Shown here: one piece after another, positions 61,432 to 64,000 of the stretch | How the letters are laid out: the number at the start of each line of letters is the position of its first letter | Numbering within the stretch: the first letter of the stretch is position 1 | DNA from: an uncultured virus (IMG/VR IMGVR_UViG_3300042453_001906) | Lineage: Duplodnaviria; Heunggongvirae; Uroviricota; Caudoviricetes | Length of the DNA stretch: 64,000 nt | Reading direction: 5' to 3' (one strand) | IMG/VR virus record: IMGVR_UViG_3300042453_001906 | The notes under the pieces: model-generated | The model's database searches: none | Told to the model about the DNA's origin: nothing | What the model saw: only the letters and a program-made list of their open reading frames with translations | Position numbers and translations under genes: made by a program

Positions 61432-61855
61432 TGGTGAATTTCCTCCATTCAATGGCATTGCGAATTTTCCAGTGGCGGGTGTTCAGTTCCTTGACCACCT
61501 CTTCAAGCAGCGACACCTTTTCTTTTTGAAAGATGAACTTCTGCGACAGTTTGCAGAGGTCTTCATCAGAGTTCATGTACAGATCAAGATCGTTTCGCAG
61601 AATCTTCAGGGGAAACGGCTCCCAACCACGGGTGGTAAGTTCTTCCTGAGACATCTTGCCCGTGTAATATTCCCATTTCACCCGCATCATGCAGTTATAG
61701 TCTGCCTCTGCCTTACGCATGGACAGCCGCTCGTCCATGAGAAAGTTCAAGTACTTGCCGTGCAATTGGGGAATCTTCAGCGACTCTAGGTCAAGAGCCG
61801 CGTCATCAAGTGCCATGTCTCGCTGTATTTCTTTTCGTATTTCGTCTAGGGTCAT
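61421..61855 (-). CDS. uvsY: Recombination mediator
   Basis: ESLKIPQLHGKY, WEYYTGK, IRNAIEWRKF. Confidence 0.9.
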   Translation of the reverse strand: MTLDEIRKEIQRDMALDDAALDLESLKIPQLHGKYLNFLMDERLSMRKAEADYNCMMRVKWEYYTGKMSQEELTTRGWEPFPLKILRNDLDLYMNSDEDLCKLSQKFIFQKEKVSLLEEVVKELNTRHWKIRNAIEWRKFTNGQ

Positions 61856-61875
61856 TATGAAGTCTCCGTTGCAGG

Positions 61876-61903
61876 AGTATACACGCCCAACACAACAAGT
61901 CAA
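61876..61903 (-). promoter_or_regulatory. Sigma70-like promoter TTGACT-N16-TATACT upstream of uvsY
   Basis: Consensus match followed by GGAGA SD. Confidence 0.6.
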
Positions 61904-61910
61904 GACGGAA

Positions 61911-62438
61911 TCACAGAACTTCTATTTCATAACTCCGATACTTGAATGTGCATGATCCAACGAATGGCTCTGGATCTATGACCGTGGAACTGAAGTCAAT
62001 GGAGGACAGGGTTCGTGGGTAGATATCGTAGAATGTCACATTCAATTTTGGATTTTTAGTGGAGTTCAAAATGATGAGATTTGCGGTGGACACATGCGTG
62101 TTCACTGCCCGAAACTCTTCGTAATTTTCAACATTAGTGACTGACCGCATCCAGTTGTATAGTTCAAGCCAATTGCCCATGTTTTCGTCCACCACGAATC
62201 CGATAGTCAACTCATCGAAATCAAGTTTGGAGGGACGAGAAATCTGTACGAACGGGGTGGGCATTATCACCTCGCTCATGGTAATGGTTGGCAAGGACGC
62301 GCTTTGGCAAAAATACGAAACTTTCGGAAGACGAGTAATGCTGAACCGATAGTAGGTCGGCAGCAGTGGGTTCATGTGCTGCGGATACCGATTCAGTATT
62401 CCGTCTTCTATGTCCGTGAAATTGTAAGGAATTGCCAT
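61911..62438 (-). CDS. gp3: Tail completion / sheath-stabilising protein (gp3-like)
   Basis: YFCQSASLP, FVVDENM.NW.E.YNW, YP..LS.IDF; position after gp23. Confidence 0.8.
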   Translation of the reverse strand: MAIPYNFTDIEDGILNRYPQHMNPLLPTYYRFSITRLPKVSYFCQSASLPTITMSEVIMPTPFVQISRPSKLDFDELTIGFVVDENMGNWLELYNWMRSVTNVENYEEFRAVNTHVSTANLIILNSTKNPKLNVTFYDIYPRTLSSIDFSSTVIDPEPFVGSCTFKYRSYEIEVL

Positions 62439-62443
62439 ATGAG

Positions 62444-62450
62444 TATGTAT
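62444..62450 (-). promoter_or_regulatory. Putative late promoter (ATACATA), 5 nt before the gp3 ATG
   Basis: Motif lies just downstream of the gp23 terminator. Confidence 0.6.
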
Positions 62451-62460
62451 GCCTCCAAAC

Positions 62461-62490
62461 GAAAAGGGGGAGAGGTTTCCCTCTCCCCCG
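62461..62490 (-). terminator. Intrinsic terminator after gp23
   Basis: GGGGGAGAGG-GAAA-CCTCTCCCCC hairpin followed by TTTT on the minus strand. Confidence 0.85.
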
Positions 62491-62513
62491 ATCCGTAAGG
62501 TTGATGCCGTCTA

Positions 62514-63974
62514 TTACGAAGCCACGCCGTGGAGGTTGTCCACGCGGAAGATACGGTAATAGCGGTTGCTACGAGCGTTGAGTGCGCCTGCGCCTGCTCC
62601 AGCACCCTCAGCGAAGGGGTTCGCAACCATGCCGTAGCGGGTCTTGAACGCCATCTTGGGCTGGAAGGTGGTGGTGTCAACGGCACGCATCATCTGTAGC
62701 GGGACATAGGGGCAGTAGAACAGACCCGCATCGTAGGGGCTGGTTCCCTTGTACCCAACGCAGACGAAGTTGGTGTTCGTGCCGCTGGCAACATCCTGAT
62801 AGGGGTCGATGTAGACCTTGATCTTGCCGTTGAGCGTACCCGCAAAGGTGTTGCCCGTGTCGTCAACATCAAGGCTGACATTCAGCGCGGGGCTGATGTT
62901 CAGGAAGCCACCCATTGCGAGGGCAGAGGCAACATCTGCCGAGCAGATGATGAAGTTGCCCTTGCCGCGACGGGTATCCTTGGCGATCTGATTGCACTCA
63001 CGCTCAATCTGGAACATCAGACCACGGAACTTTTCCGCGCTCCAACGACCGTCAGAGTCCTGAATGAGATCGTAAACGCCACCGTACTTCGTGCCGTCAC
63101 CAGCGGTGGTTAGACCACCAACAACGGTCTTGTAGTACAGGTCGCTCTGCTGCGCTCCAAGACGAGCAGTGCGATAGACGGTGCGAACAACCTCGCGGTT
63201 GATTTCAGCAAGGATTTCCGTGCTGAGAATGTTGGCGAGTTCGGTTTCAGCATCCAAGCCGTGAACAGCCTTGAGGTCTTGGGCAAGTTCAACGCTGTAC
63301 GAAGCAGCCAACATGCGGGTTGCTGCCTGTACACCGACGCGCTCAATGCTGAATGCCATTTCCGCAGGGGCATTGGCTTCACCGAAAGCGGTTGTCAGCG
63401 GAGAACCGACAGTCAGACCGCTAGCCGATGTGGGGATGTTGGTGGTAGAGTATCCGAAGAACGGATCAACACCGTTGGTGTCGTAAGCAAGCGTTCCGGT
63501 TGGGCCGGTGTTACCGGAAGCCGTGCTGCTTGTTCCGTTGGTGTTTGTTCCAGCAGCACCGGAGAAGGTGGCTTGAGGCTCGTTGTAGAAAGCCTCAGTG
63601 CCGTTGGGGCCAAGATAACGGCTACGCATTGCGAAGATCAAGCCTGTCGGAGCCGACATGGCCTGAACGCCGCAGATATCGTAAGCCATCAGGTTGGGCA
63701 TGGCACGGCGAACCAACTGGATCAGAATTGGATCGTAGCCCTTGATGTTTCCAGCACCCGAGGGGCTGGCAAGGGTGTCCATGCCAACGCCGAGGCTTGA
63801 GGTTGGGCTTGGGCCTTCAACGAGCATCTGCTCCTTGATTGCCTTCTCTTGGTTCTCCAAGAGGGTGGCAGTGGTGGCGCGACGATGTGGATCCGTGATG
63901 GGAGCCATGTCGCTGTGATCAAGAACGGGCTTCCACTTGCGAAGAGCCTGTTCGGTTAGAACCTTATTCTCCAT
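62514..63974 (-). CDS. gp23: Major capsid protein (T4 gp23-like)
   Basis: LLENQ, LVRRAMPNLMAYDICGVQ, ELAQDLKAVHGLDAE, YCPYVPL, FKTRYG. Confidence 0.98.
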   Translation of the reverse strand: MENKVLTEQALRKWKPVLDHSDMAPITDPHRRATTATLLENQEKAIKEQMLVEGPSPTSSLGVGMDTLASPSGAGNIKGYDPILIQLVRRAMPNLMAYDICGVQAMSAPTGLIFAMRSRYLGPNGTEAFYNEPQATFSGAAGTNTNGTSSTASGNTGPTGTLAYDTNGVDPFFGYSTTNIPTSASGLTVGSPLTTAFGEANAPAEMAFSIERVGVQAATRMLAASYSVELAQDLKAVHGLDAETELANILSTEILAEINREVVRTVYRTARLGAQQSDLYYKTVVGGLTTAGDGTKYGGVYDLIQDSDGRWSAEKFRGLMFQIERECNQIAKDTRRGKGNFIICSADVASALAMGGFLNISPALNVSLDVDDTGNTFAGTLNGKIKVYIDPYQDVASGTNTNFVCVGYKGTSPYDAGLFYCPYVPLQMMRAVDTTTFQPKMAFKTRYGMVANPFAEGAGAGAGALNARSNRYYRIFRVDNLHGVAS

Positions 63975-64000
63975 TGTAGTATCTCCTTGTTGTTAACAGT

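Overview
A 64-kb segment of a large T4-like (Tevenvirinae/Kyanoviridae-like) myophage genome. The minus strand carries the conserved core: gp23, gp3, uvsY, dCMP deaminase, uvsW, gp55, gp47, gp46, rnh, gp45, gp44, gp62, regA, then gp43, uvsX, gp41, gp61 and thyX. About 22 kb of accessory DNA lies between regA and gp43. It holds (i) a roughly 16-kb glycan island with about 10 glycosyltransferase-like genes, 3 methyltransferases, an RmlB-like dehydratase, an epimerase, GmhA/HddA/HAD-nucleotidyltransferase heptose genes and a GT2-TPR protein, and (ii) a nucleotide/DNA-modification cluster (dUTPase, DUF1599-like, uvsE, i-type lysozyme, SpeD-like decarboxylase, Mom-like GNAT, HNH-like, N4/N6 MTase, GroES-like). 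Further left are collagen-like and repeat-rich fibre genes, two paralogous GT-like genes, class II RNR nrdJ, a lipoprotein protease and RuvC. A plus-strand block encodes probable head-internal polyproteins and a holin/spanin-like pair. A degenerate late-promoter heptamer (C/A)TA(A/C)ATA recurs, and in five cases it lies only 4-5 nt before an ATG, suggesting leaderless mRNAs. No tRNA, rRNA, CRISPR array or transposase was seen. All family assignments come from motif recognition by eye, not database searches.
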